Shown piece after piece: positions 40,844 through 53,312 of a stretch of DNA of 64,000 nt. The notes under the pieces are model-generated. The model searched no databases. It was not told the origin of the DNA and saw nothing but the letters and a program-made list of their open reading frames with translations. The stretch covers positions 18,538,001 to 18,602,000 of the forward strand of contig OZ024760.1 in the NCBI GenBank assembly GCA_964016885.1, in the 5' to 3' direction. Source of the DNA: Eledone cirrhosa (lineage: Eukaryota). Made by a program: the position numbers and the translations under genes. Each line of letters opens with the position of its first letter. Positions within the stretch are counted from its first letter, which is position 1.

Positions 40844-41202
40844 CTGGCAGGAGAAACAGGAGGGTGGTAATGAAAAAAAAAAATTCAAAAGAGAGGCTAA
40901 AATAATAATTTAGTAAGTTAGCTTAAAGTAAGCTGCTTAAACTAAATATATAAAAGTCAATCGACAAGATCCCAACCTTATTTGATTAACGAGTGGGGTG
41001 GAGCTTGTCAAATTGAACAACGGAAACAATGTTTCCATTGGACTTTCCAATTGCTAATACTATCTGTCGGTCATAAATCCAGGCAGAAGGAGCAATGTGA
41101 AATAAAATGTCTTGCTCAAGGACATAATGCATCATCCAGCCGAAGAATCAAACTTACAACCTCATGATGGTGAATATATATATATGTTGTTGGTAGAAAT
41201 CC

Positions 41203-41236
<34 letters not shown>

Positions 41237-41268
41237 TACATGAATCAAAGTTCTGTTTAAACCATTTA

Positions 41269-41318
41269 TTCGCTTACAATTGTTTCTTCCAAACCGAGGT
41301 TTGGAGTCTTCGGAGCAA
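41269..41318 (-). ncRNA. Hammerhead-like motif with CCGAAGA core (family E)
   Basis: Minus strand: ttgct-CCGAAGA-ctccaaacc tc ggtttggaa-GAAA-caattGTA-agcgaa; second copy at 50879. Confidence 0.6.
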
Positions 41319-41663
41319 TTTTTCAATGATTTTTTACATACTTGACCTCCTTTCCAACACAAGAGACATACAGAAACATATGTATATATTGATGCACAGT
41401 GGGTTGACATCCATTATAATGGTGAGTATTGACTCCCATGTACGTCAATACTCATCTTTTTCCATTTCTCCGAGGGTTCTTAACCCCACTATCAGGCTAA
41501 ATAATTTCTTTAATTTCTTTAGTCAAAATACAGCGATAGCTTACATTTCTAATAATATATATATACATATATATATGTAAAAGGTAAACAGAAATAACAA
41601 CACAATCGGTACAGTATATGAAAGGAATATATTAGGTTAACGCTTGAAATAGCAAGAAGAGGG

Positions 41664-41699
41664 TCTTAACGTTTCGGACGCTAGTCCTTCATCAGAAGA
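41664..41699 (-). ncRNA. Minimal hammerhead ribozyme motif (family F)
   Basis: Minus strand: tctt-CTGATGA-aggac tagc gtcc-GAAAC-GTT-aaga; palindromic AACGTT stem III; inside a ~270-bp repeat also present at 56595-56845. Confidence 0.75.
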
Positions 41700-41881
41700 A
41701 AGAATGAGAAATAAGATATATTGAAAGGACAGGCGGGGTGGAATTGGAAAAAAATGTCTTTAGATAAAAATAACAGGTCCATTTATGTTGACATCTCTTG
41801 GAAAACTGTCGATGCTGGCGTTTTGTGTATCATTTTTTTTTTTTTTACAAATGTGAGAGAGAGAAGGGAAATATTTCTTAC

Positions 41882-42158
41882 TTTGACATGACCTTGAACT
41901 CTCCGACAGGAGTGTTGAGTCCAAGTTCTGGACATTCCTCAGTAAGATGGTCACCACCACAAACATCGCATCCAGCGTAGAGGTCAAGGAAGAGAGTCGT
42001 AGCTGTCGTTGCATCAGACACTGTCGCAACTGCAACAGCTTCTGCAACTGCTTCTGTTGCAACAGCTGCTGCTGCAATAGTAGTCCCGTCAAGGGCTGAT
42101 ACTGCGGCGTTGACTTCTTCCTGGGAGGCACAGACATCTGGAGGCTTTTCATCTGGAG
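41882..42158 (-). CDS. PRDM15-like: PRDM15-like exon with zinc knuckle
   Basis: CDVCGGDHLTEECPELG resembles the PRDM15 knuckle (C-x2-C-x3-H...ECPELG); phases 1/2. Confidence 0.9.
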
Positions 42159-43573
42159 CTGTCAGGATAAATAAAATACTTTTGAATGCAATGCAAGCCA
42201 TGTTGTAATGACATCTGGTCTGTTATTATTATTATGAGTTCAAATCCCACCGAGGTTAACTTTGCCTTTCATCCTTACGGGGTCGATAAAATAAAGTACC
42301 AGTAATACACTGGGTAATTGCTGGCCTTGTACCAAACGTAGAAACAATTATTATTATTATGAGTGGATTGGCAGTATCGGTAGAGGGTCGGACGCCATGC
42401 TTTGCAGCATAGAGTTATGGCCCTTTATGATCTGAGTTCAAATCCCACCGAGGATAACTTTGCCTTTCATCCTTACGGGGGGTCGATAAAATAAAGTACC
42501 AGTCATACACTGGGATAATTGCTGGCCTTGTGCCAAAATTAGAAACAATTATTATGAGGGGGAGGAGGGTAGTGAATTGGCAGTATCAGTAGAGTGGCAG
42601 ACACCATGCTGTGTGGCATAGAGTTACGGCCCTTTACGTTATTGGTTCAAATCCCACCAAGATTAGCTTTGTCTTTCATCCTTTTGAGGCTGATAAAATA
42701 TAATACCAGTAATACACTGGGGTCAATTTCATCGACTTTCCCCTCCCCCAAAATTGCTGGCCCTGTACCTAAATCAGAAACCATTTTTATCATTATTGAG
42801 AGGGGGGAGGGCAGTGGATTGGCAGCACCAGTATGGCCACCTTAAAGAGTGGACTGGGTGTTTTTTGCCATGGCACCAGTATGATGACCTTACAGGGTGG
42901 ACTGGGTGCTTTTTGTTGTGGCACCAATACATCCACCTTACAGTACGGACTGGGTGCTTTCTGTTGCGGTACCAGTATAGCCACCTTGCAAGGTAGACTG
43001 GGTGCTTTTTGTCATGGCACCAGTATGACCTTACAGGGTGGACTGGGTGCTTTTTGTTGCAGCACTAAAGTAGAAATCCTTATTGATTTAGCTGGTGTTG
43101 GGAGCATAACTTAACAAAGGTCCTTATGTAAAATTGACATACACTTTAAACGAAATAGTTTCATGTCATAAAACCAGGGACAGTTTTGGGTGGTTTGGTA
43201 TTTAACCCTTTAGCAATACATTTCTCTATATTTACTATTGTATTTTCACGGTAAAGGCTTTACCTCACATAATATCGAATCTACGAGATTTTGATATTAT
43301 TTATTTTGAGAAAAATACCTTACCATAAATATGAGTGGCCAGTTATGGCCAGTTTGAACAGAAAGAAGTGAGAGAATTCTGGCTGGATACAGCCTGTTTA
43401 AATGCTAAAGGGTTAATGTAGGTATGAGCAGACGGTTTTACCAGTTTGAACAGGAAGAGGTGAGAGAATTCTGGATGGATATGGCAGGTTTAAATGCTAA
43501 AGGGTTAATGGGGCCAATGAACTATAAAAGAAACAAAGCTTGTGAGATAAACATAAAGGTGATTGTTACTTAC

Positions 43574-43589
43574 ACACATTCTCTTCCAT
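43574..43589 (-). CDS. PRDM15-like: PRDM15-like start-codon exon (MEENV-; whole exon 43574-43633)
   Basis: TTTTACAG acceptor, in-frame TAA upstream of the ATG, T|GTAAGT phase-1 donor matching the next exon. Confidence 0.72.
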
Positions 43590-44662
43590 TTCAAGAGGGC
43601 AGAACGTGGCTGATGATCTGCCACCTTAACTGGCTGTAAAACAAATGAGAACATCAAACAAAACTATAACTTCATCATCATCATCATCATTTTACGTCCG
43701 CTTTTCCCTGCTTGCAAGGGTGGGACGGACATTGATTCTGGCTTGATTTCTACAGCTGGATGCCCTTCCTAACACCAACTTTATTTACAGTGAGTGCTGG
43801 GTGCTTTTTTGCCGTGGCACCTCCACGACCACTTTACAGTGGAATGAGAAGGACCCCAGTCCCTATCATCTCATTTCTACAGCTGAGTAAACTGGAGCAA
43901 TGTGAAATAAAGTGTCTTGCTCAAAGAAACAACACATCGCCCGGTCTGAGAATTGAACTCACAACCTTTCGATTGCAAGGCCAATACTCTAACCACTTAG
44001 CCATGTGCCTCCATAACTTAATAAATATGTGTATATCATGACTCATACACTGTTCACTTTCCAGACATTTTCTACATTATTCTATGTACAATACATGCAT
44101 CTTTGATGAGTTGTAGTGCACCTGAGAACTGTACACAATAATTATCAAAAGATATGACAGCCTTCCTAGTGCTGATGCTACGATAAAATACACTCAGTAG
44201 AATGTGGAACTGTATATAAGCGAGATGCAAATTCCCAGTCTATTTAGGATTCAGTAGCCCTGTTCCAGGACTGATTTGGGTTTCTGAAGATCTATCTAAC
44301 CTTTGCTAACAGGGAGAGGGGAGAGGGGACATTATACTATTATAGCCCTGTTTCAGTACTGATTCAGGTCTGTGAACATCTGTCCAGCCCTTGCTAGCAA
44401 GGAGACGGGATGTTAAATTGTGATAGCCATTTCAGTACTGGTTAGGGACTGTGAAGATCTGTCTAACCCCTGCTAGCAGAGAGAGGTGACAGTAAATCAT
44501 TATAGCCCTGTTTCAGGACTGACTAGGGTTTGTGTAGATCTGTCTAACCCTTGCAATCAGAGAGAGGGCACGGTAAATTAAGATGACGATGAAAAAAAAG
44601 ACATTGCTGGATTTGCACAAGTCATATATTATAAACATTTTTCACGCTCAGAGTTGCTGAAG

Positions 44663-45416
44663 CATGGAACAAACTACCTGCATCAGTTGTTAGCTGTCAA
44701 GACACTGCATCCTTTAAAACCTCCATGGAACAAACTACCTGCATCAGTTGTTAGCTGTCAAGACACTGCATCCTTTAAAACGTCCATGGAACAAACTACC
44801 TGCATCAGTTGTTAGCTGTCGAGACACTGCATCCTTTAAAACCTCCATGGAACAAACTACCTGCATCAGTTATTAGCTGTCGAGACACTGCATCCTTTAA
44901 AATGTCCATGGAACAAACTATCTGCATCAGTTATTAGCTGTCGAGACACTGCATCCTTTAAAACGTCCATGGAACAAACTACTTGCATCAGTTATTAGCT
45001 GTCGAGACACTGCATCCTTTAAAACGTCCATGGAACAAACTACTTGCATCAGTTGTTAGCTGTCGAGACACTGCATCCTTTAAAACGTCCATGGAACAAA
45101 CTACTTGCATCAGTTGTTAGCTGTCGAGACACTGTATCCTTTAAAACGTCCATGGAACAAACTACCTGCATCAGTTATTAGCTGTCGAGACACTGCATCC
45201 TTTAAAACCTCCATGGAACAAACTACCAGCATCAGTTGTTAGCTGTCGAGACACTGTATCCTTTAAAACGTCCATGGAACAAACTACTTGCATCAGTTGT
45301 TAGCTGTCGAGACACTGCATCCTTTAAAACCTCCATGGAACAAACTACCAGCATCAGTTGTTAGCTGTCGAGACACTGTATCCTTTAAAACGTCCATGGA
45401 ACAAACTACCTGCATC
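44663..45416. repeat. 61-bp tandem repeat (~12 copies) amplified from a CR1/L2 LINE 3' segment
   Basis: catggaacaaactacctgcatcagttgttagctgtcgagacactgcatcctttaaaacctc; flanked by the normal upstream and downstream LINE sequence. Confidence 0.92.
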
Positions 45417-45965
45417 ACTTCCTGACATTCGTACATTATTCTATGTACTATACATGCACCTTTTATGAGTTGTAGTGCACCTGAGCATTGTACACAATAA
45501 TTTCATTATTATTAATATACTGTCAAAGATCTACCAGCTATAAACATGATCTTTCAGTACATGGAGACTAGGAAAGAATTCAACAGAAACATTTAGCTGC
45601 CCTTATTTTTGACTTTTAAAAAAATCTTATTTATGATTCATATATCTCCTACTGGTCTTCGCTAAACTAACTGTAAGGAGTACCAGATACATCCCCGAGT
45701 TTGTATGGCCAACCAACACTACAGAAGCTGTAGTGCCCTTCACACAACTGAAAACACTATTCAACCCTTCTTTTGGTACTGTTTTACTTACTCAGACCTT
45801 ATATATAATTTTTTAAGGGGTTCCTGTGGCAAAGGGACTCGATCCAGCCCTGGGATGTATCTCATACAATTATATAGGGATCACTATCTACACCCACAAT
45901 CAAACATGGATCTCCCCGGTAAAGAGTTTTGTGAAATAAAATGAAGGTGCCCTCTTTTACACATC

Positions 45966-45998
<33 letters not shown>

Positions 45999-46031
45999 TC
46001 GGAATAGCTACATATACATTTGTATGCATGT

Positions 46032-46062
<31 letters not shown>

Positions 46063-46288
46063 ATGAAGGAAATGTGGGACCAGGTGGACCATAACGCACC
46101 AAAGTACTCAAAGCATTTAGTCCAGAATTAGCCGTCGAAACGGCTTGAGCTCAGCCGTCGGGGTCCTACTCGTTCCTATATATATATATATATATATACA
46201 ATTTTACGTTTATTTTTATTTGTTCTCCTTCCCCTCTTTTTTCTAAATGTATTTCCACACACTCTCTGAACTCTCTTCCTAACCTATT

Positions 46289-46325
46289 TACTCCTGAAGA
46301 AGGGCCTATGCCCGAAACGTCGTCT
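46289..46325 (+). ncRNA. Minimal hammerhead motif, weak stem I (family G)
   Basis: CTGAAGA-agggc ctat gccc-GAAAC-GTC; in a ~200-bp island between (TA)n tracts. Confidence 0.65.
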
Positions 46326-46397
46326 CCCCCTCCCATTCTCAAAAGCGTGAACCTAATAAACCTTTATTCTGTTTTGTTCCCGTATAAATTTGCACTA

Positions 46398-46452
<55 letters not shown>

Positions 46453-47367
46453 CATACATTTGTATGTATGTATATAGAAAACAGCACAGCTCCCATGATT
46501 TTCGTAGACATTTTTTCACGCTCAGAGTTGCTGAAGCATGGAACAAACTGCCTGCATCAGTTGTTAGCTGCCGAGACACTGCATCCTTTAAGACACTCAT
46601 GCTTCTCGAAATACGCCAAAACTACACCTGATGTACCCCTTCCATACACATGCACACATGTGTGTATCATGACTCGTGCACTGTTCATTTTCCTGATGTT
46701 TGTGCATCGCCCTATGTACTGTAGATGCACTTTTTGATGAGTTGTAGTGCACCTGGGCACTGTACACAATATTTCATTATTATTATTATATCATGACTCA
46801 TACACTGTTCATTTTCCTGACATTTGTACATTATTCTATGTACTATACATGCACCTTTGATGAGTTGTAGTGCACCTGAGCACTGTACACAATAATTTCA
46901 TTATTATTATGTATATATATATATATATAACATATATATATATATATAACATATATATATATATCGGAGCTCAACCGTCACGGTCCTGACTCTTTTCCTA
47001 TATATATCGTGCATATATATACACACATTATATATATATATATCAGAATATTTCGTTGCATATACGTTTATATGCATACCACACACGAATGCATGTGTGT
47101 GTATATATGTATATGTCACACTTTACATCTTTTGTTTTTAAAACATCTATTCAGTTTCTCTACATCATAATATATAGCTATAAACATCAATTTATTTAAT
47201 ACTATCGCAGACTCATGTCACACAATACACAGACAGGTTATTTATTTAATATATTAAACTTATAATAAATACGATTGCGAAAAGAAAAGCCGTTTAAAAC
47301 CCATTATATGACGACTATAATATTTAGATTTTTCTAACCTAAAAATTATCATCCTTATATTTAACAC

Positions 47368-47422
<55 letters not shown>

Positions 47423-48339
47423 GTATTACTGTATGTTTTTATATACAAGTAGATATGTAGGCATTATATATATAATGTATTACTGTATATTTATATATAC
47501 AAGCATATATGTACGCATAAATACGTATGTATATGTATATATACGTACATATAGTGTATTAGTTTATATATACAAGTATATATATAGGCATAAATACGTA
47601 TATATATATTATATATGTGTGTATATATAGTGTATTAGTATGATTATATATACAAGTATATATGTTGGCACATTTATATATATATATATTATATGTGTAT
47701 ATATACATATTATGTGTATATATATATACAAACATATAAGGTGTAAGGTAAATGTTATGTGTGTGTATATATATATATATATATAAATGAATAATATATC
47801 ATCATGTCAGTTGAAAACAATGTTATGTTATTGATGGGTTCGTTTCTGATAGAGAAAGTCCGCCGAACACAGATCTAGGTGACAGGTGCACGCAGCTTGA
47901 AAGAAAGGGGAAAACTAAAAATACTGCCAAGATTTTATAAAAAGTATCACTGGCTTCGACATTGAATCCGAAATATATACATCCACATATATATATAACT
48001 GAGTTTAATGAATAAATTGTACGTATATATATACATTGTTATAATTTAAATCGAATTATCAATTATCGTTATGATAAAAAATAATACTTTAGATGGGGAA
48101 GGAAAAACATAAAAATTTGATCGCAATCAAAACGATTTATACATTATAAAGGCGACATGTCCATGATAAATAAAACCAAGTCGTAAATGGCGGGATAGGT
48201 TTATACATGTATAGAATTTTTTCTCTCGCTGCTATTTGGTCTAATAATGAACATGAATTTTTTTTTAGGATCGTATATATTGTTTAATTAAAAAAAAGGT
48301 TTTAGAACGTTTAGAAGAATAATCCAAAGAAAGAAAGAA

Positions 48340-48660
48340 AGTCAAAATGACGGAACGGAAATCTTCATCCCGGCGCCATTTTCTAGATGTGGAGTAAATT
48401 TTTCTGGGGAAGAACTTCGTCGAAAGAATTTACTGTGTAGGGCTTTAAAATAAATTTGTAACGATATTAAAACGTTTGCGAAAAATAGAAAAAAATCTTA
48501 CTTACAAGAAATACAAAGTCAACTTAAAGCTTTATAGTGTAGAGTTGTATCAAAATATTAAATACCACTACTGAACCGAACCGAAGCTTTTTTCAGTTTT
48601 TTTCCAGCGACCATAATCTATTGGTAGGACGCATGCGCAGTGAGTCATTCGCATGGCGTC
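48340..48660 (-). promoter_or_regulatory. Probable promoter and first non-coding exon of the PRDM15-like gene
   Basis: Local CpG enrichment; CGGAACGGAA (ETS-like, 48351); CGCCATTTT (YY1, 48374); ATTGG (CCAAT, 48620); CGCATGCGCA (NRF1-like, 48630); TGAGTCA (48641); minus-strand donor GTAAGT at 48505. Confidence 0.6.
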
Positions 48661-49952
48661 TTCAATGAACGACTTGATGATATTTCATTTCTAGTAATTT
48701 TTAAACGGGAATCTATGTTTTCGATGTCTTTTGTGTTTCCCTTCCATTATTTTTCATTTATATATAAGCTGATAGTAAAGGCGTGCGTGAAAGAATATAC
48801 ATTATATTTATTATGTGTAATAAACATACACAAGACTCGCTATGGGTGTTTAAAGTTGTGATCAAGTTACAGCGGCATTAGTAGCCGTATGAGACCGACA
48901 TATACTGGTATTTCAGTAATGTTACTGCTAATTATATAGAGACTGTTGCCCAATCTGAGAAGAACTTGGAAAGTGAAAGTTATTGTAGATCGCTGGGCAA
49001 GAGCAGAAGACATCCACCTCAAGAAGCAGAATTCGTCAACGCTTGACCAAGTCCCTTATTGAAATATTGTTTATTATAATTGTCGATGCCAGCCTAAGAC
49101 TGGCTGTCCATGGGAACTTATCATTGTTTAACGTCCATTTCCCCATGGGTTGTCACTGATCAGTAAGGTTAGGTGACCACGTCTAGCTCATGCAGATCTC
49201 TATTTTTGTTTCGTTTTCTATGGCTAGATGCCCTTCCTAATGTCATCCATGTCACATTGTGGACTGAGTGCAATTGTGTTGTGTCCCCATAAACTTGCTC
49301 TAGTCAATGATTTGGCTACTCTTGCACCCTTAGCTTCACCATGGAATTTGATGTTTTGATGTGGGCCATGTTGCCCAAGCAGATGCTGACTTCCGACTGG
49401 TGGCACTGTTACAACATGCATTTAAGGGTTCATGCTAGAACGCGTTATGACATGTTACTATGAGAATGTACAAGTGCATTGAGATCAAAATAAAAAATAT
49501 ATATATATAAAAGCACCCAGCACTCACTGTAAAGTGGTCGTAGAGGTGCCACGGAAAAAAAATGCACCCAGCACTCACTGTAAATGAGGTTGGTGTTAGG
49601 AAGGGCATCCAGCTGTAGAAATCAAGCCAGAATCAGTTCCCGTATGAGCAAGATAAGGTCAGCTGACCAGACACTGCCCTCAACAGGCCAACTTGTCTAA
49701 CCCATGCTAGCATGGAAGAACGGACGTAAAACGGTGATGATGATAACATAGGTTAGTCTTCAACCTGTCTATCATTGTTGTGGTATGTATATGGCCACTG
49801 CCTTCGGTCGTTTTTCTTGGTGTCACACTTTTTAATTGTGTTTACTCAGGACAATAACATGTTAACTTTTCCCTCCATTGAGTGCTTTGTGATTGCCTCA
49901 AACAAATTGAATAGTACTTGTTGTATGGCAGCTACAACATTTTGGTTTATAC

Positions 49953-50025
<73 letters not shown>

Positions 50026-50065
50026 GATATTAACGAATGGAAACTATATTTATAAAACCATATTT

Positions 50066-50128
50066 ATTTCATTATACATATTTCAAGGACACCAAGTTAA
50101 ATTATGGTGTGCTTTCATCAGATAAAAT
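50066..50128 (-). ncRNA. Minimal hammerhead ribozyme motif (family A')
   Basis: Minus strand: attttat-CTGATGA-aagcacacca taatttaact tggtgtcctt-GAAA-tatgtaTA-atgaaat. Confidence 0.73.
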
Positions 50129-50354
50129 ATAATATAGAGCAGTTTTATAAATAAATATTGACATACCCTTAAAGAATGCGACCATTACTGTTGGAAGCTC
50201 CCGGATAGTTATAAATATATATATATATATGAATATAGACATAGAATATTCGAAAATATTCTGTATGTTTATAATAAACATTTTGAAGACCTAATCGCTA
50301 TAGAATAGAATACGTCACGTATTACAATTAGATTCTCGATAAAAGCAAGGGAAG

Positions 50355-50395
50355 TAATCTACGCGTTTCATTCTCGTTAGAAATCATCAGGACCA
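50355..50395 (-). ncRNA. Minimal hammerhead ribozyme motif (family C)
   Basis: Reverse complement of 50551-50591. Confidence 0.72.
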
Positions 50396-50550
50396 CATAT
50401 CCAGTGCTTTTATCGAGAATGACACAGCTATTTATTCCAATTTCTAATTTCTGCCGGACCGGCAACCGCTCTTTCAAACCAGTTCCTGTACACAGCTAAG
50501 TATTCTTTAAGTCTCTAGCTGTGTCATTCTCGATAAAAGCACTGGATATG

Positions 50551-50591
50551 TGGTCCTGATGATTTCTAACGAGAATGAAACGCGTAGATTA
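50551..50591 (+). ncRNA. Minimal hammerhead ribozyme motif (family C)
   Basis: tggtc-CTGATGA-tttct aacg agaat-GAAA-cgcGTA-gatta; palindromic ACGCGT stem III; stem I extended by attctcgataaaagc / gcttttatcgagaat. Confidence 0.75.
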
Positions 50592-50878
50592 CTTCCCTTG
50601 CTTTTATCGAGAATCTAATTGTAATACGTGACGTATTCTATTCTATAGCGATTAGGTCTTCAAAATGTTTATTATAAACATACAGAATATTTTCGAATAT
50701 TCTATGTCTATATTCACATATATATCGCTATTTCAGAGCATTTATTCCAATTTATATATATATATATAAATATATATATATGATGGATGTCAACCCACTG
50801 TGGGTCAATATATGCATATGTTTTTATATGTCTCTTGTGTTGAAAAGGAGGTCAAGTATGTTATAGATCACTAAATAG

Positions 50879-50927
50879 TTGCTCCGAAGAATCCAAACCT
50901 CGGTTTGGAGGAAACAATTGTAAGCAA
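50879..50927 (+). ncRNA. Hammerhead-like motif with CCGAAGA core (family E)
   Basis: ttgct-CCGAAGA-atccaaacc tc ggtttggag-GAAA-caattGTA-agcaa; palindromic ACAATTGT stem III. Confidence 0.6.
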
Positions 50928-51015
50928 ATAAATGATTTAAACTGAACTTTGATTATTGTAATCTATATATATATATATATATTATTATTATGTAATAAAC
51001 AACATAAGGCAATTA

Positions 51016-51075
51016 TTCCATTTACCAGTGGTTTCTTAAAAGCAAAAGGTTTTGCTTTCAATCCTCAGAATGAAA
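51016..51075 (-). ncRNA. Minimal hammerhead ribozyme motif (family D)
   Basis: Same as 24701-24760; differences confined to the stem II loop region. Confidence 0.78.
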
Positions 51076-51329
51076 AATCCTGGTTTGTTTATTGAATATG
51101 GATTCTAAAAACAAAAATGCAATCTATATGAAAGTGAGGCTGGAAAAGGGAGAAGGAAAGGAAAAATAAAATAAAACTACACATGCAAACACACACAAAG
51201 AGCACTCATACATAGAGCACTCTTTTTTCCTGGACTTTTCCGATGGAATTACTTCATTTATATATATATATATATATAAATCAGGAAAGAAGGTTGACAT
51301 GGTTTGCTATACAAAAAAGGTTTAATCAC

Positions 51330-51441
51330 ATAGCTTACATTTGTTTCACTGAGCTGGTAGGTCTAGAGATCGCTATTCGCTTATTTTCGCGTTACTCGAT
51401 CGCCAATACAAAATTATAACCAGTCAGATCTTCGGAGCATG
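51330..51441 (-). ncRNA. Hammerhead-like motif with CCGAAGA core and ~55-nt insertion in the stem II loop
   Basis: Minus strand: gct-CCGAAGA-tctgactggt...accagctcagt-GAAA-caaatGTA-agc. Confidence 0.5.
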
Positions 51442-51983
51442 CGAATATACGAATATATATATATATATCACGATATTGTATAGAGGTGCGTATATGCATT
51501 TTAATTTATATTTTTAATTATTGTGTGTCTACCCAGCCTTCCATAGGTTATAGATTCCATACACTGGTGGTTTTCCCTGTTTTATTGATGGCACATGATC
51601 TCTATCTCTCTCTAGTGTGTTACCCTTTCAACATATAGTATATATATATATCATCATCATCATCATCATCATCGTTTAACGTCTAATTGCCAAGGTAACA
51701 TGGCTTAGATAGGATTTCCCATTAGAGGCAAATTTGGTTGGGTGACCATATCTCCCTCATATAGGACTGTTTCTGGATGGTTTTCTATGGCTGGATGCCC
51801 TTCCTAATGCCAACCACATTTACAGTGTGGACTGGATGTTTTGTGGTACCAACATAACTTTATAGGATAAAATGATAGGAAGCCAGAAATGTTGAATTCC
51901 TTCAAGTATTTATTTCTGCAAGCACTATGCTATGCACATTTCAGTGGTCAGGTTAAGTATGAACCTGGTGACATCATCAGGTG

Positions 51984-52740
51984 TCATCATCATCATCATC
52001 ATCACCGTTTTACGTCCGTTCTTCCACGCTAGCATGGGTTAGACGGGTTGTCCTGTTGTGGGCAGTGTCTGGTCGGCTGACCATGCCTTGCTCATACAGG
52101 AACTGATCTGGCTTGATTTCTACAGCTGGATGCCCTTCCTAACACCAACCTCATTTACAGTGAGTGCTGGGTGCTTTTTCGTGGCGCCTACACGTCCACT
52201 TTACAGTGTGGGCTGGGTGCTTTTTTGCCGTGGCACCTCCACGACCACCTTGCGGTGGGGGGTGTGGGGGCATATTGTTTATATGCTTCAGCATGTACCC
52301 ATGGGAGGTCGGGTACCCTGTATTACTGCGTGACGCCAGAAGTCACGGTCGTGTGTCATTGACTTTGAGAGGTGTAGTTGGGTAAGGTCGGCTTTTATCA
52401 CCTCATCCCAAGTCATCTTGGGTCTCCCCACTCCGCGGTTTCCATCAACTTCTAGTGCTCTGCACCTTTTTATGCAGCTGTCATCCTTCATACGCATCAC
52501 ATGTCCATACCAGCGTAACCGCCTCTCCTGCACGCAGCATTTGATTCCTCTTATGCTCAGTCTCTCTCTCAATTCATTTATGCTTTGTCGTTCACGTATA
52601 TTACTGTTACACATCCATCGGAGCATGCAGGCTTCGTTTCTCTCTAATCTACGTAAGTCTTCCACCTTCAGCGCCCAGGTCTCACTACCATGCAACATCG
52701 CTGTTCGGATACACGCATCATACAGTCTGCCTTTCATTCT
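51984..52740 (-). mobile_element. 5'-truncated RTE-clade LINE (ORF2 C-terminus, 3' UTR, (GAT)n tail)
   Basis: MLHGSETWAL...ERRLRWYGHVMRM...GRPKMTWDEVIKADL...DRDFWR motifs typical of RTE ORF2. Confidence 0.9.
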
Positions 52741-52864
52741 GTATATTACATAATAGTTATATACCAAAGGAATGATGGTAAACACATTCCAAGAGGTTTT
52801 GACTCAAAGGTGATCATGGTAACCTGTAGTCAGTTTGGCTGATCACTTTTATATATATATATAT

Positions 52865-52896
<32 letters not shown>

Positions 52897-52924
52897 ACGT
52901 TCACTTTGATGATGATATATAAAA

Positions 52925-53312
52925 AAAAAATGGTCTAAAATATTTGATTTTTACACGAGTATATATAATAAATATATATATAGTATCCCTGAAATAGTCA
53001 ATCCCATAAATATATATATAGTATCCCTGAAATAGTCAATCCCTTAAATATATATATAGTATCCCTGAAATAGTCAATCCCATAAATATATATAAGGGAT
53101 ACTATATATATATTTATGGGATTGACTATTTCAGGGATACTATATATATATTTATGGGATTGACTATTTCAGGTATACTATATATATATTTATGGGATTG
53201 ACTATTTCAGGGATACTATATATATATTTATGGGATTGACTATTTCAGGTATACTATATATATATTTATCATATATACTCATGTAAAAATTAAATATTTT
53301 AGACTATTTTTT
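52925..53312. repeat. Palindromic element with mirror-image 38-bp tandem arrays
   Basis: gtatccctgaaatagtcaatcccataaatatatatata x3, then its reverse complement x4; outer arms tctaaaatattt...gagtatat / atatactc...aaatattttaga. Confidence 0.85.

Larger units (their letters stand above)
50226..50720. repeat. ~205-bp near-perfect inverted repeat with ~85-bp spacer, one hammerhead motif per arm (family C)
   Basis: 50226-50430 is the reverse complement of 50516-50720; flanked by (TA)n. Confidence 0.92.
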
